64,000 bases of DNA from Candidatus Arcticimaribacter sp. (GTDB taxonomy: Bacteria; Bacteroidota; Bacteroidia; Flavobacteriales; Flavobacteriaceae). A program made the translations under genes and the position numbers. The DNA is taken from assembly GCA_965659515.1 (NCBI GenBank), contig CBFHVC010000004.1, forward strand, positions 28,176 to 92,175, in the 5' to 3' direction. The notes under the pieces are model-generated. The model was given only the letters and a program-made list of their open reading frames with translations. It did no database searches and was not told the origin of the DNA. Position 1 is the first letter of the stretch; the number at the start of each line of letters is the position of its first letter. Below, piece after piece: positions 21,850 through 29,865 of this stretch.

Positions 21850-22920
21850 ATGGAAGAGAAATTAATCTCCCAGAAAAAACCCTTTTTCCCCATTACTTCA
21901 GAATTGAATTCTTATCTGAAGCAATACAATCGTTGGGTATTTACCCCCATATTTTACGAAGATTTGCTGCGTTTTTCTGGCTCTATCGTGGTTTATGATG
22001 AAAATGATGAAGACACCCTTTGGGTTCGGGTATACTATACCGATAGTGAAAGAGAAGACATCGATTACAATTTGAAGAAGGTGTATGCTTTATTGCATTC
22101 TGATGGAAATGAATCCTCGATTGCTTATCTCAATGTAGATGCGATTGACTATTGCACCTTTGGTAATTCTAAGCCCTTTCGTATTAAAGTGCGTAATATT
22201 CTAAATGACAACTTCACCTATTTTTATGTCAAGCGAACGGATGCTTCTAGGGTTTATGGATTAGAGTTCGAACATATGCTTTCTCCACATAACCTTAACT
22301 TTTTGGTGAACGACACCACTTTAATAGAAGAACACATCGCCGGGATTCCAGGAGATGTTTTTATTGAAGATTTTTTAGGCGATTGTTCTCCGTCACAACA
22401 AGCGCAGATTGCAAAAGAATACGTCAAATTTAACGAGCGCTGTATGATTCGCCTTTTGGGGGATATGCGGGCGTATAATTATGTTGTAATTCCGACCCAC
22501 GACTTTGATCAGGTGATTTATAAAATTCGCGCCATTGATTTTGACCAGCAATGTTATGAAGGAAAACTCAAGGTTTATCGCCCACAGTTTTTTAAAGAGA
22601 ATTATCCTATGGTTTCTATTGTAAAAGAAAAATTAACCCTGGGGTCTGTTAATCAATATAAAATTGAAGAGCGTTCTATTTTAGCCAAAAGAATCATTAG
22701 CGCTGGGGTGCGATTAGACAATTTGGTCACCATCATGAAACAAGATCATTTGACCCAACCTGATTATTTGAAAAATTTGCGTGCAGAGATTTTTAAGTTC
22801 ACCAAAGACGAAGCTTTTGAAACCGCAAAAAGTGCAGGAGATATTATGGAAGCTTCTTTAGATTATGTACGGAGAAATTACGAGAATTTAAACATGACTA
22901 AATTAATTCAGTCCTCCTAG
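21850..22920 (+). CDS. Conserved hypothetical protein with protein-kinase-like catalytic motifs
   Basis: A 356-aa ORF fills the gap between uvrB and the convergent gene, with a TACCTTTG box 14 nt upstream. Motifs YFYVK128R, LIEEHIAG, LGD205MRAYN210YVV and IRAID230FD are spaced as in protein-kinase-like folds (see findings). Confidence 0.6.
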   Translation: MEEKLISQKKPFFPITSELNSYLKQYNRWVFTPIFYEDLLRFSGSIVVYDENDEDTLWVRVYYTDSEREDIDYNLKKVYALLHSDGNESSIAYLNVDAIDYCTFGNSKPFRIKVRNILNDNFTYFYVKRTDASRVYGLEFEHMLSPHNLNFLVNDTTLIEEHIAGIPGDVFIEDFLGDCSPSQQAQIAKEYVKFNERCMIRLLGDMRAYNYVVIPTHDFDQVIYKIRAIDFDQQCYEGKLKVYRPQFFKENYPMVSIVKEKLTLGSVNQYKIEERSILAKRIISAGVRLDNLVTIMKQDHLTQPDYLKNLRAEIFKFTKDEAFETAKSAGDIMEASLDYVRRNYENLNMTKLIQSS

Positions 22921-23411
22921 TAAAAGTCGGCATCTTCATAATCCAATAAGCCTTCTTCTTCATCGTCTTCTAGGTCAAAGTCATCGGTTTCCTCTTCACT
23001 ACTAAACGCCTTCTCAGGCGCTTCTTCTGGTACCTCTCCTTGTGCAAAGACAAGATTAGGGTATCCCATTGCAGGAACGGCTTCTCCAATTTCCATCAAT
23101 TCCACAAAAAAGGTCCATAGGGCCAAAAAGTCATAGACATAAATCAAGTGGTGATTATCTGCACTAAAGAATTTATCTAGGCTTTTCCCTGCCATTGGGG
23201 TGGTACCTTCCCCCATATCTAAAAGGGGCAATTCCTCTCCCTGAACCCATTCTTCGTTTGTCGTGTAAAAAGAGGCCATTTCACTTCCCCCAAAACCAAA
23301 GGCCTGGGCAATAGCATAATGGAAATCTTCTAGGCTTGCGGTAGCTTCAATTTCTAGGTCGCGAAAAACATCACCAGGAGCGTCTAAAATAATGCGGAAA
23401 CGATAAATCAT
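22917..23411 (-). CDS. pRiA4b ORF-3-like (PF07929-type) domain protein with acidic C-terminal tail
   Basis: 164 aa. The N-terminus MIYRFRIILDAPGDVFRDLEIEATASLEDFHYAIAQAFGFGGSEMASFY follows the pattern I recall for the PRiA4_ORF3 family. The tail is EETDDFDLEDDEEEGLLDYEDADFY. Its start overlaps the ctaA stop (ATGA). Confidence 0.55.
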   Translation of the reverse strand: MIYRFRIILDAPGDVFRDLEIEATASLEDFHYAIAQAFGFGGSEMASFYTTNEEWVQGEELPLLDMGEGTTPMAGKSLDKFFSADNHHLIYVYDFLALWTFFVELMEIGEAVPAMGYPNLVFAQGEVPEEAPEKAFSSEEETDDFDLEDDEEEGLLDYEDADFY

Positions 23412-24439
23412 GTGGAAGTGGATTGTGTGGGTTGAAATAAATGAAATAATAAATAGCTCTGTGCACCAAAGAGCAACGAGGCAAATAATAAATGTAAAGG
23501 CTGACTGCTAAAAGGGAAATCAAAATAGTACATCAAAATCCCGGTAGCGATCTCAAGCCCGATTAAGGCTAAAACTTGCTGCATTTGTGCAGTGGGAAAC
23601 TGAAGTTTTCTCAGGCCTAGAAAAAGCCAAATATTGAGTCCGGTAACCAAAAGAGAAAAACTGCGATGTACATAAAATAAAACAGGAGCAGGATTAAGCC
23701 ACAGGGCTTGCGTTCCTTCGCCTAGAAGATCAATTTGTTCGTCCACAAACTGCCTTACTTGTGTCCCCATAGCGATTTGTATCAAGGTTAAAACCAACGC
23801 TAAAATGGCAAAACCCTTGATGTTCGAAGGAATAACTTTTCTGTTTTTTTCTGTTTTACTAATGTAATAGAGATAGAGCAGCAAGGCTACAATCACCAAG
23901 GCCATTACCATGTGAATGGTGATTTTAAACGGCTGAAGATTAGAATCAACAACCGTCTTTCCAAGCCATGCTTGAAAGCCCATTCCAAAAATGATTAACC
24001 AAGCAACCAAGGCGATTAATTTACTTTTTTTCCACTGCCAAAAGGAGAGTATCCCCACCACTAAAGTGGCTAAGCCCCCTAAAGCACCTAGCAGGCGATT
24101 GAGGAATTCTATCCATGTATGCACCGGATTAAAGATCGCATAGTCATGCTGATCGTAATGTTCCCAGTTCGTTTTGTTGTATTGATCGCTAGAGCGAAAA
24201 TCTTTGTTCGCTACGCGTAATTCTTTTGCAACGATAATGACCTGTCCAGCTTGATAGTTGTGGGCAGCTTTCCAGTCCAGTTGTGCACGTTCTGTGGGTG
24301 GGATAAGATAGCCAAAGCATTTTGGCCAATCAGGGCAGCCCATCCCGCTCCCGGTCATACGAACAATAGCACCAGCGGCGATTACACCGTAAACCAAGAC
24401 AATAGATAAACCTACCCAAAAGCGAAATCGTATCTTCAT
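23408..24439 (-). CDS. ctaA: COX15/CtaA family heme A synthase
   Basis: 343 aa and multi-TM, with the N-terminal RMTGSGMGCPDWPKCFG motif and conserved His residues in TM helices. Confidence 0.8.
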   Translation of the reverse strand: MKIRFRFWVGLSIVLVYGVIAAGAIVRMTGSGMGCPDWPKCFGYLIPPTERAQLDWKAAHNYQAGQVIIVAKELRVANKDFRSSDQYNKTNWEHYDQHDYAIFNPVHTWIEFLNRLLGALGGLATLVVGILSFWQWKKSKLIALVAWLIIFGMGFQAWLGKTVVDSNLQPFKITIHMVMALVIVALLLYLYYISKTEKNRKVIPSNIKGFAILALVLTLIQIAMGTQVRQFVDEQIDLLGEGTQALWLNPAPVLFYVHRSFSLLVTGLNIWLFLGLRKLQFPTAQMQQVLALIGLEIATGILMYYFDFPFSSQPLHLLFASLLFGAQSYLLFHLFQPTQSTST

Positions 24440-25872
24440 TCTATCGTCATTTTTAAGCCTAAGGCTTTTCCTTCTTTCTTCATCAATTCCACCGCAGCAT
24501 CAAATTCGTTGGGGATTTCTCCCTCTAAAATAGCTTCTTTTATCTTCTCTTTTATGATTCCAATTTCTTTTCCTGGGCGAAGCCCAAAGGTTTGCATGAT
24601 TAATTCTCCACTAACTGGAGGTTGGAAATTACGCACATGATCGCGTTCTTCTACTTCGACAATTTTTTCCCGAACGATTTGAAAGTTTTGGTGATAGCGG
24701 GCAAAACGTTTGGGATTCTTTGTGGTAATATCCGCTTCGCATAAAGTGAGTAAGTCATCGACATAATCGCCCGCATCAAAAATCAGCCGGCGTACCGCCG
24801 AGTCGGTTACGATATCTTGGGCTAAGACAATCGGCCGCGAACTCATAAAGACCATTTTTTGTACAAACTTCATCTTTTCGTTTAAGGGCATTTTTAAACG
24901 TTTAAAAATTTTATACACCATTTTTGCGCCTATAAATTCATGGGCATGAAAAGTCCAGCCTACTTTTTTTGAAAACTTTTTGGTGGGCGCTTTTCCAATA
25001 TCGTGTAATAAGGCTGCCCAGCGCAGCCACAGGTTTTCGGTGGTTTGACAAATATTATCAACGACCTCAAAAGTGTGATAGAAATTGTCTTTATGGGTTT
25101 GTCCTTCAACTTCCTCGATGCCCTTTAAATCGGTTAATTCTGGAAGAATAGCAGACAAAAGACCAACTTGATCGAGTAATAAAAAGCCCTTTGAAGGGAC
25201 TGCCGTTGCCATAATCTTGTGTAACTCTTCAACAATCCTTTCTTTGGTGATGATTTCCATGCGGTCGCGCTCTTGATAAATAGCGTCTAAAGAGGCCTGT
25301 TCAATGCTAAAGTCCAATTGGGTTGCAAACCGAATGGCCCGAAGCATACGCAAGGGATCGTCAGAATAAGTAATAACAGGATCTAAGGGGGTGCGAATTC
25401 TCTTATTTTCTAAATCAGACAATCCGTTAAATGGATCGATTAAAGTACCGTAATTGGCTTCGTTTAAACTTACTGCCATGGCATTGATGGTGAAATCACG
25501 GCGATTTTGATCGTCCTGAAGGCTTCCTGCCTCTACTTGAGGATTTCGGCTGTCTTCGGTATACGATTCTTTTCTGGCGCCAACAAATTCTAAATCCATG
25601 CCTTCAAAACAAATCATGGCCGTGCCATAGGTTTTAAAAATACTTAACTTGGGTTTATTCGGGAGGCGTTTTTGAACGGCTTTGGCCAAAGCTATTCCAG
25701 ATCCGATGGTCACAAAATCAATATCGGTTTTTGCTTTCTTTCGTTTTAAAAGATGGTCCCGCACAAACCCGCCAACAACATAGGTTTCTAGGCCTAATTC
25801 TGTAGCTGCTGCTTTTACATGCTGAAATACGGGGCTCGATAATGCTTCGGTAAAATCCTGGTTGAATTCCAT
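24436..25872 (-). CDS. tRNA nucleotidyltransferase/poly(A) polymerase family protein with HD domain (CCA-adding enzyme-like)
   Basis: Motifs GGFVRD, DIDF, RRDFTINAMA, DPLRMLRAIRFA and the HD motif LLHDIGK. 478 aa. Confidence 0.8.
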   Translation of the reverse strand: MEFNQDFTEALSSPVFQHVKAAATELGLETYVVGGFVRDHLLKRKKAKTDIDFVTIGSGIALAKAVQKRLPNKPKLSIFKTYGTAMICFEGMDLEFVGARKESYTEDSRNPQVEAGSLQDDQNRRDFTINAMAVSLNEANYGTLIDPFNGLSDLENKRIRTPLDPVITYSDDPLRMLRAIRFATQLDFSIEQASLDAIYQERDRMEIITKERIVEELHKIMATAVPSKGFLLLDQVGLLSAILPELTDLKGIEEVEGQTHKDNFYHTFEVVDNICQTTENLWLRWAALLHDIGKAPTKKFSKKVGWTFHAHEFIGAKMVYKIFKRLKMPLNEKMKFVQKMVFMSSRPIVLAQDIVTDSAVRRLIFDAGDYVDDLLTLCEADITTKNPKRFARYHQNFQIVREKIVEVEERDHVRNFQPPVSGELIMQTFGLRPGKEIGIIKEKIKEAILEGEIPNEFDAAVELMKKEGKALGLKMTIE

Positions 25873-26438
25873 TAGGGACGTAAAATAGCGATGTTATTGT
25901 CTGCTTGCAAGCGAATAATACGCGACGCTTGGGTTTGTGTTTCGTTTTGTCTTAAAGGTACAACATGATCTACGCCATGCAAAATAGCTGTGCTAATCTC
26001 CTTGAAATGGGTGGGACTTACTTCTCCACTAATATTTGCTGAAGTGGACACCAAAGGTGCATTGAGCTTTTGGATTAGCGCTTGGCAAAAGGCCTCCTTG
26101 GCAATGCGAATTCCAATACTTCCGTCCTTAGCACAAAGGCGATTACTAACACCTTTTACTGTTGGATAAATTACTGTAGTGGGGCGATTTTCGGTCAAAT
26201 AGGGGAGAAGTGCCGGCGGTATTTCTCCCACATAAGCTTCCAGCATTTTTTGGTTTGCCACCAAACAAATTAGGGCTTTGCTGTCTTCCCGCTCTTTTAA
26301 GCGATAAATTGCTTCAACCGCTTTGGTAGAACGCGCATCACAGCCGATTCCCCAAATGGTGTCACTGGGATAAAGCAGAACGCCATCTTGCTTTAAATGG
26401 GCAAGTGCTTCGTTTAGCTGAGGTGTAAATTCCGCCAT
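25872..26438 (-). CDS. tsaC: L-threonylcarbamoyladenylate synthase (YrdC/TsaC type)
   Basis: 188 aa. YPSDTIWGIGCDA, KEREDSKALICLV and VSTSANISGE are typical YrdC-domain motifs. Confidence 0.82.
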   Translation of the reverse strand: MAEFTPQLNEALAHLKQDGVLLYPSDTIWGIGCDARSTKAVEAIYRLKEREDSKALICLVANQKMLEAYVGEIPPALLPYLTENRPTTVIYPTVKGVSNRLCAKDGSIGIRIAKEAFCQALIQKLNAPLVSTSANISGEVSPTHFKEISTAILHGVDHVVPLRQNETQTQASRIIRLQADNNIAILRP

Positions 26439-26447
26439 AAGGCAAGG

Positions 26448-27254
26448 TTATACGGCTACGTTATGTTCTCTTAATGCGTCGTTTAAAGACGTTTTCTTAT
26501 TGGTGCTTTCTTTGCGTTTCCCGATGATCAAAGCGCAAGGTACTTGATAGTCTCCCGCAGGGAAAGATTTAGTGTAACTACCAGGAATTACAACTGAACG
26601 CGCAGGAACACGCCCTTTGTATTCTACCGGTTCGTTTCCAGTTACATCAATGATTTTGGTAGAGGCGGTTAAAACAACATTGGCCCCTAGTACCGCTTCG
26701 CTTTCAACATGAACGCCTTCAACAACGATACAACGTGAGCCAACAAAAGCATTGTCTTCAATAATAACCGGTGCGGCTTGTAGTGGTTCTAAGACCCCGC
26801 CAATACCAACACCACCGCTTAAGTGGACATTTTTACCAATCTGTGCACAACTTCCTACGGTTGCCCAGGTATCGACCATAGTGCCTTCATCGACATAAGC
26901 GCCGATATTAACATAAGAAGGCATTAAGATAACGCCAGAAGATATATATGCGCCTTGACGTGCGACAGCGTGTGGAACCACACGGATGCCTTTTGCGGCG
27001 TAGTCTTTTTTCAAAGGCATTTTATCGTGAAACTCCATAGGACCTGCGTGCAAGGTTTCCATTTTTTGAATAGGGAAATACAGGACTACTGCTTTCTTTA
27101 CCCATTCGTTGACTTGCCAGCCATTATTGGTAGGTTCTGCCACACGCAATTTTCCTAAGTCCAATTGTTCAATAACTTGACGTATGGTGTTTTGTGTGTT
27201 TTCTTGTTCTAAAAGGGAGCGATCTTCCCATGCTGCTTCTATGATGTCTTTCAT
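26448..27254 (-). CDS. dapD: 2,3,4,5-tetrahydropyridine-2,6-dicarboxylate N-succinyltransferase
   Basis: 268 aa with a left-handed beta-helix hexapeptide region (GAYVDEGTMVDTWATVGSCAQIGKNVHLSGGVGIGG) and a DapD-type N-terminal domain. Confidence 0.85.
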   Translation of the reverse strand: MKDIIEAAWEDRSLLEQENTQNTIRQVIEQLDLGKLRVAEPTNNGWQVNEWVKKAVVLYFPIQKMETLHAGPMEFHDKMPLKKDYAAKGIRVVPHAVARQGAYISSGVILMPSYVNIGAYVDEGTMVDTWATVGSCAQIGKNVHLSGGVGIGGVLEPLQAAPVIIEDNAFVGSRCIVVEGVHVESEAVLGANVVLTASTKIIDVTGNEPVEYKGRVPARSVVIPGSYTKSFPAGDYQVPCALIIGKRKESTNKKTSLNDALREHNVAV

Positions 27255-27273
27255 GATTCCATTTTTTGAAGCT

Positions 27274-27281
27274 CAAATTTA
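27274..27281 (-). promoter_or_regulatory. -7 box (TAAATTTG) upstream of dapD operon
   Basis: Exact TAnnTTTG on the minus strand, 19 nt before the ATG at 27254, with an A-rich leader. Confidence 0.5.
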
Positions 27282-27335
27282 CGGCTTCTCTTTCACTTTT
27301 TGGTAAAGAATTTAACAGAACACGAGGGCTTAACG

Positions 27336-27343
27336 TATATTTG
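27336..27343 (+). promoter_or_regulatory. -7 box (TATATTTG) upstream of ruvX
   Basis: Exact TAnnTTTG, 3 nt before ATG 27347. Confidence 0.45.
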
Positions 27344-27346
27344 TGC

Positions 27347-27778
27347 ATGGGCATAATACTCGCAATAGATTTTGGGGAAAAGAGAACGGGAATTGCCGCG
27401 ACTGACCCCCTGCAGATCATCGCTTCTGGGTTGACGACCCTTGCCACAAAAGAGGTGATTCCGTTTTTAACAGATTATTGCCTTAAAAATAAAGTGGAGG
27501 TGTGCGTTATAGGGCAGCCCAAGCAAATGGACAACTCCCCCTCGCAGGTAGAACCACAAATCAAACGGTTTATTGCACAATTATCTAAGGCCCTTCCGGC
27601 GCTAGTCATAGAACGCTATGATGAGCGATTTACCTCAAAAATGGCCTTTCAGTCCATGTTAGCCGGGGGACTTAAAAAAGAACAGCGAAAAAATAAGGGA
27701 TTGATCGATAAGATTAGTGCAACCCTTTTGTTACAATCCTATTTAGATGCATCTTTGCATTCAAAGAAAAAGATATAA
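27347..27778 (+). CDS. ruvX: Holliday junction resolvase-like RuvX (YqgF)
   Basis: The canonical N-terminus MGIILAIDFGEKRTGIA begins at ATG 27347; the track start 27266 is an unsupported upstream extension. DERFTS motif present. Confidence 0.85.
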   Translation: MGIILAIDFGEKRTGIAATDPLQIIASGLTTLATKEVIPFLTDYCLKNKVEVCVIGQPKQMDNSPSQVEPQIKRFIAQLSKALPALVIERYDERFTSKMAFQSMLAGGLKKEQRKNKGLIDKISATLLLQSYLDASLHSKKKI

Positions 27779-28369
27779 ATGATTTTACCCATCGTAGCTT
27801 ACGGTACCCCAGTGTTAAAGAAAAAAGCAGAAGATATACCTGCAGACTATAAAGACCTTGACCAATTAATCGCAAATATGTGGGAAACCATGTATGCGGC
27901 TAGTGGGGTGGGTTTAGCAGCCCCTCAGGTAGGTTTAGGCTTGCGATTATTTGTGATCGACGCTACGCCTTTTGCCGATGATGAGGAGCTTTCAGCCGAA
28001 GAACAAACCCAATTGAAAGGCTTTAAAAAGGCTTTTATCAATCCTGTAATTGAAGAAGAAAGCGGTGAAGAATGGGCCTTTAATGAAGGTTGCCTTTCGA
28101 TCCCAGATGTGCGAGAAGATGTCAAGCGTAAAGATCAATTGGTGATTCGCTATCAAAACGAAACAGGAGAGGAGTTAAAAGAAACCTATACAGGATTGGC
28201 TGCAAGGGTCATTCAACACGAATATGATCATATCGAAGGGATTTTATTTACCGATAAGTTATCGCCCCTTAAAAAGAGAATCATCAAAGGAAAATTAACC
28301 AATATTAGCAAAGGAAAGATCAACGTAGATTACAAGATGAAATTTCCTTTACAATCCAAAAAACGATAA
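27779..28369 (+). CDS. def: Peptide deformylase
   Basis: All three PDF motifs are present: GVGLAAPQ, EGCLS and QHEYDHIEG. Confidence 0.96.
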   Translation: MILPIVAYGTPVLKKKAEDIPADYKDLDQLIANMWETMYAASGVGLAAPQVGLGLRLFVIDATPFADDEELSAEEQTQLKGFKKAFINPVIEEESGEEWAFNEGCLSIPDVREDVKRKDQLVIRYQNETGEELKETYTGLAARVIQHEYDHIEGILFTDKLSPLKKRIIKGKLTNISKGKINVDYKMKFPLQSKKR

Positions 28370-28371
28370 GT

Positions 28372-28806
28372 ATGCAACTCGATAAAATTATTTCAATTGG
28401 CGGTCGCCCAGGACTTTATGAAGTTTCACTTCAAACCAGAACAGGCGTTGTCGCGACTTCTTTAGTTGATGGAAAACGCATTACAGCTTCTGTTCGTGAT
28501 CAAGTAAGTGTATTGTCTGAAATCAATATCTATGGTCTTGAAAAAGAAGTGCCTTTACGAGAGGTTTTTAAAATGATTCATGCAAAAGAGGAAGGGAAAG
28601 TTTGTTCTGTAAAGCCAAAAGCTCCTGCAGATCAGCTAGAAGCTTTCTTCTTTGATGTGTTTCAAGACTATGACGAAGAGCGTGTTTACCCTTCAGACAT
28701 TAAAAAAGTGATTCAGTGGTACAATATTCTTATCGAAAAAGCCCTAGAAGTTTTCACAGAAGAAGCCCCAGCAACAGAAGAAGAAGTCGTTAAAGAAGAT
28801 GAATAG
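28372..28806 (+). CDS. Conserved hypothetical protein (DUF5606-like)
   Basis: 144 aa, positioned between def and mazG as in other Flavobacteriia. The family name is from memory only. The C-terminus is acidic. Confidence 0.5.
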   Translation: MQLDKIISIGGRPGLYEVSLQTRTGVVATSLVDGKRITASVRDQVSVLSEINIYGLEKEVPLREVFKMIHAKEEGKVCSVKPKAPADQLEAFFFDVFQDYDEERVYPSDIKKVIQWYNILIEKALEVFTEEAPATEEEVVKEDE

Positions 28807-29575
28807 CAGAAAGGACCAATTGGCCGCCGTTGACCGCCTGCTCACCATTATGGATGAGTTGCGGGAACAGTGTCCTTGGGACAAGAAGCAAACCTTTGAA
28901 TCTTTACGTCATTTAACCATAGAAGAAACCTATGAGTTGGGGGATGCCATTTTGACCCGCGATCTAACCGAAATCAAAAATGAGCTGGGCGATTTACTCT
29001 TGCATATTGCCTTTTATGCCCGCTTGGGCAGCGAAGAAAAAGCCTTTGATATGGCCGATATCGCCCACGGAATTTCAGAAAAACTCATTTACCGCCACCC
29101 CCATATCTATGGCGATGTGAAAGTAGAGAACGAAGATGACGTTAAAAAGAATTGGGAAGCCCTAAAACTCAAAGAGGGCAAAGGCAAAAAAGGAGTTTTG
29201 GCCGGAGTGCCCAAAGGACTCCCCGCCCTGGTGAAAGCACAGCGCATTCAAGACAAGGTTGCCGGAGTTGGCTTTGACTGGGAAAAACCCGAACAAGTCT
29301 GGGAAAAGGTGCAAGAAGAATTAGCGGAATTCCAAACCGAAGTCGCGCAAGGCAATACCAGCGATATGGAAGCCGAATTTGGCGATGTGCTCTTTTCCAT
29401 GATCAACTATGCCCGTTTCTTAAAAATCAATCCAGATACAGCCCTGGAACGCACCAACCAAAAGTTTACAAAGCGTTTTAATTATTTAGAGGCAAAAGCC
29501 AAAGAACTAGGCAAATCGCTGCAAGACATGACCCTTGCCGAAATGGATGTCTTCTGGGAAGAAGCCAAGCAGTAG
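28799..29575 (+). CDS. mazG: Nucleoside triphosphate pyrophosphohydrolase MazG
   Basis: 258 aa with two MazG repeats (EETYELGDAI...ELGDLLLHI and EELAEF...EFGDVLFSMI) and CPWDKKQT near the N-terminus. It overlaps the upstream gene by 8 nt. Confidence 0.88.
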   Translation: MNSRKDQLAAVDRLLTIMDELREQCPWDKKQTFESLRHLTIEETYELGDAILTRDLTEIKNELGDLLLHIAFYARLGSEEKAFDMADIAHGISEKLIYRHPHIYGDVKVENEDDVKKNWEALKLKEGKGKKGVLAGVPKGLPALVKAQRIQDKVAGVGFDWEKPEQVWEKVQEELAEFQTEVAQGNTSDMEAEFGDVLFSMINYARFLKINPDTALERTNQKFTKRFNYLEAKAKELGKSLQDMTLAEMDVFWEEAKQ

Positions 29576-29614
29576 TCAGTTTTTTACTATCTTGTTAAGG
29601 CCTAATGTCTTAAC

Positions 29615-29713
29615 ATGAAAAAACAACTCTTCCCAAAGGAGATATTGGAAAACACCTATGAAGTGCACCAATTTAAGTACAGTAAACGGAGTCAGAAAAT
29701 CTATTTGCTGTAA
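29615..29713 (+). pseudogene. Relic 5' end of a HlyD-family adaptor gene (32 codons, then TAA)
   Basis: ATG-initiated MKKQLFPKEILENTYEVHQFKYSKRSQKIYLL*. It resembles the cytoplasmic N-terminus of Bacteroidetes HlyD-type adaptors of peptide exporters (from memory). Reading through the TAA gives the hydrophobic FLGVFKCCY. Confidence 0.45.
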
Positions 29714-29748
29714 TTTTTAGGAGTGTTTAAGTGCTGCTATTCAAGTAG

Positions 29749-29865
29749 ATCGTCTTGGAAAAAGGTAAAGTAGTGGAGCAAGGAACACATAAAGCCTTAC
29801 TTGAACAAAAAGGGTATTATCATGCTTTGTGGAAGCAACAATTGCCAGAGGGTTTTAACTCTTAA
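29749..29865 (+). pseudogene. Relic 3' end of an ABC exporter ATPase gene (last 38 codons)
   Basis: A stop-bounded frame reads IVLEKGKVVEQGTHKALLEQKGYYHALWKQQLPEGFNS*. This is the generic extreme C-terminus of ABC exporter NBDs (..DRI.VL..G.IVE.GTH.EL......Y..L...Q). There is no upstream Walker or signature sequence, and a TAG lies immediately 5'. Confidence 0.6.

Noticed and set aside
22917-23411. PF07929-like gene as evidence of a mobile element (often annotated as an IS passenger).
   Set aside because: There is no transposase, integrase, inverted repeats or target duplication nearby. The gene is translationally coupled to ctaA inside a housekeeping operon.
29595-29615. GTTAAG-N9-CTTAAC hairpin after mazG as a terminator.
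   Set aside because: The stem is 6 AT-rich bp with no following T-tract. It overlaps the start of the relic ORF.
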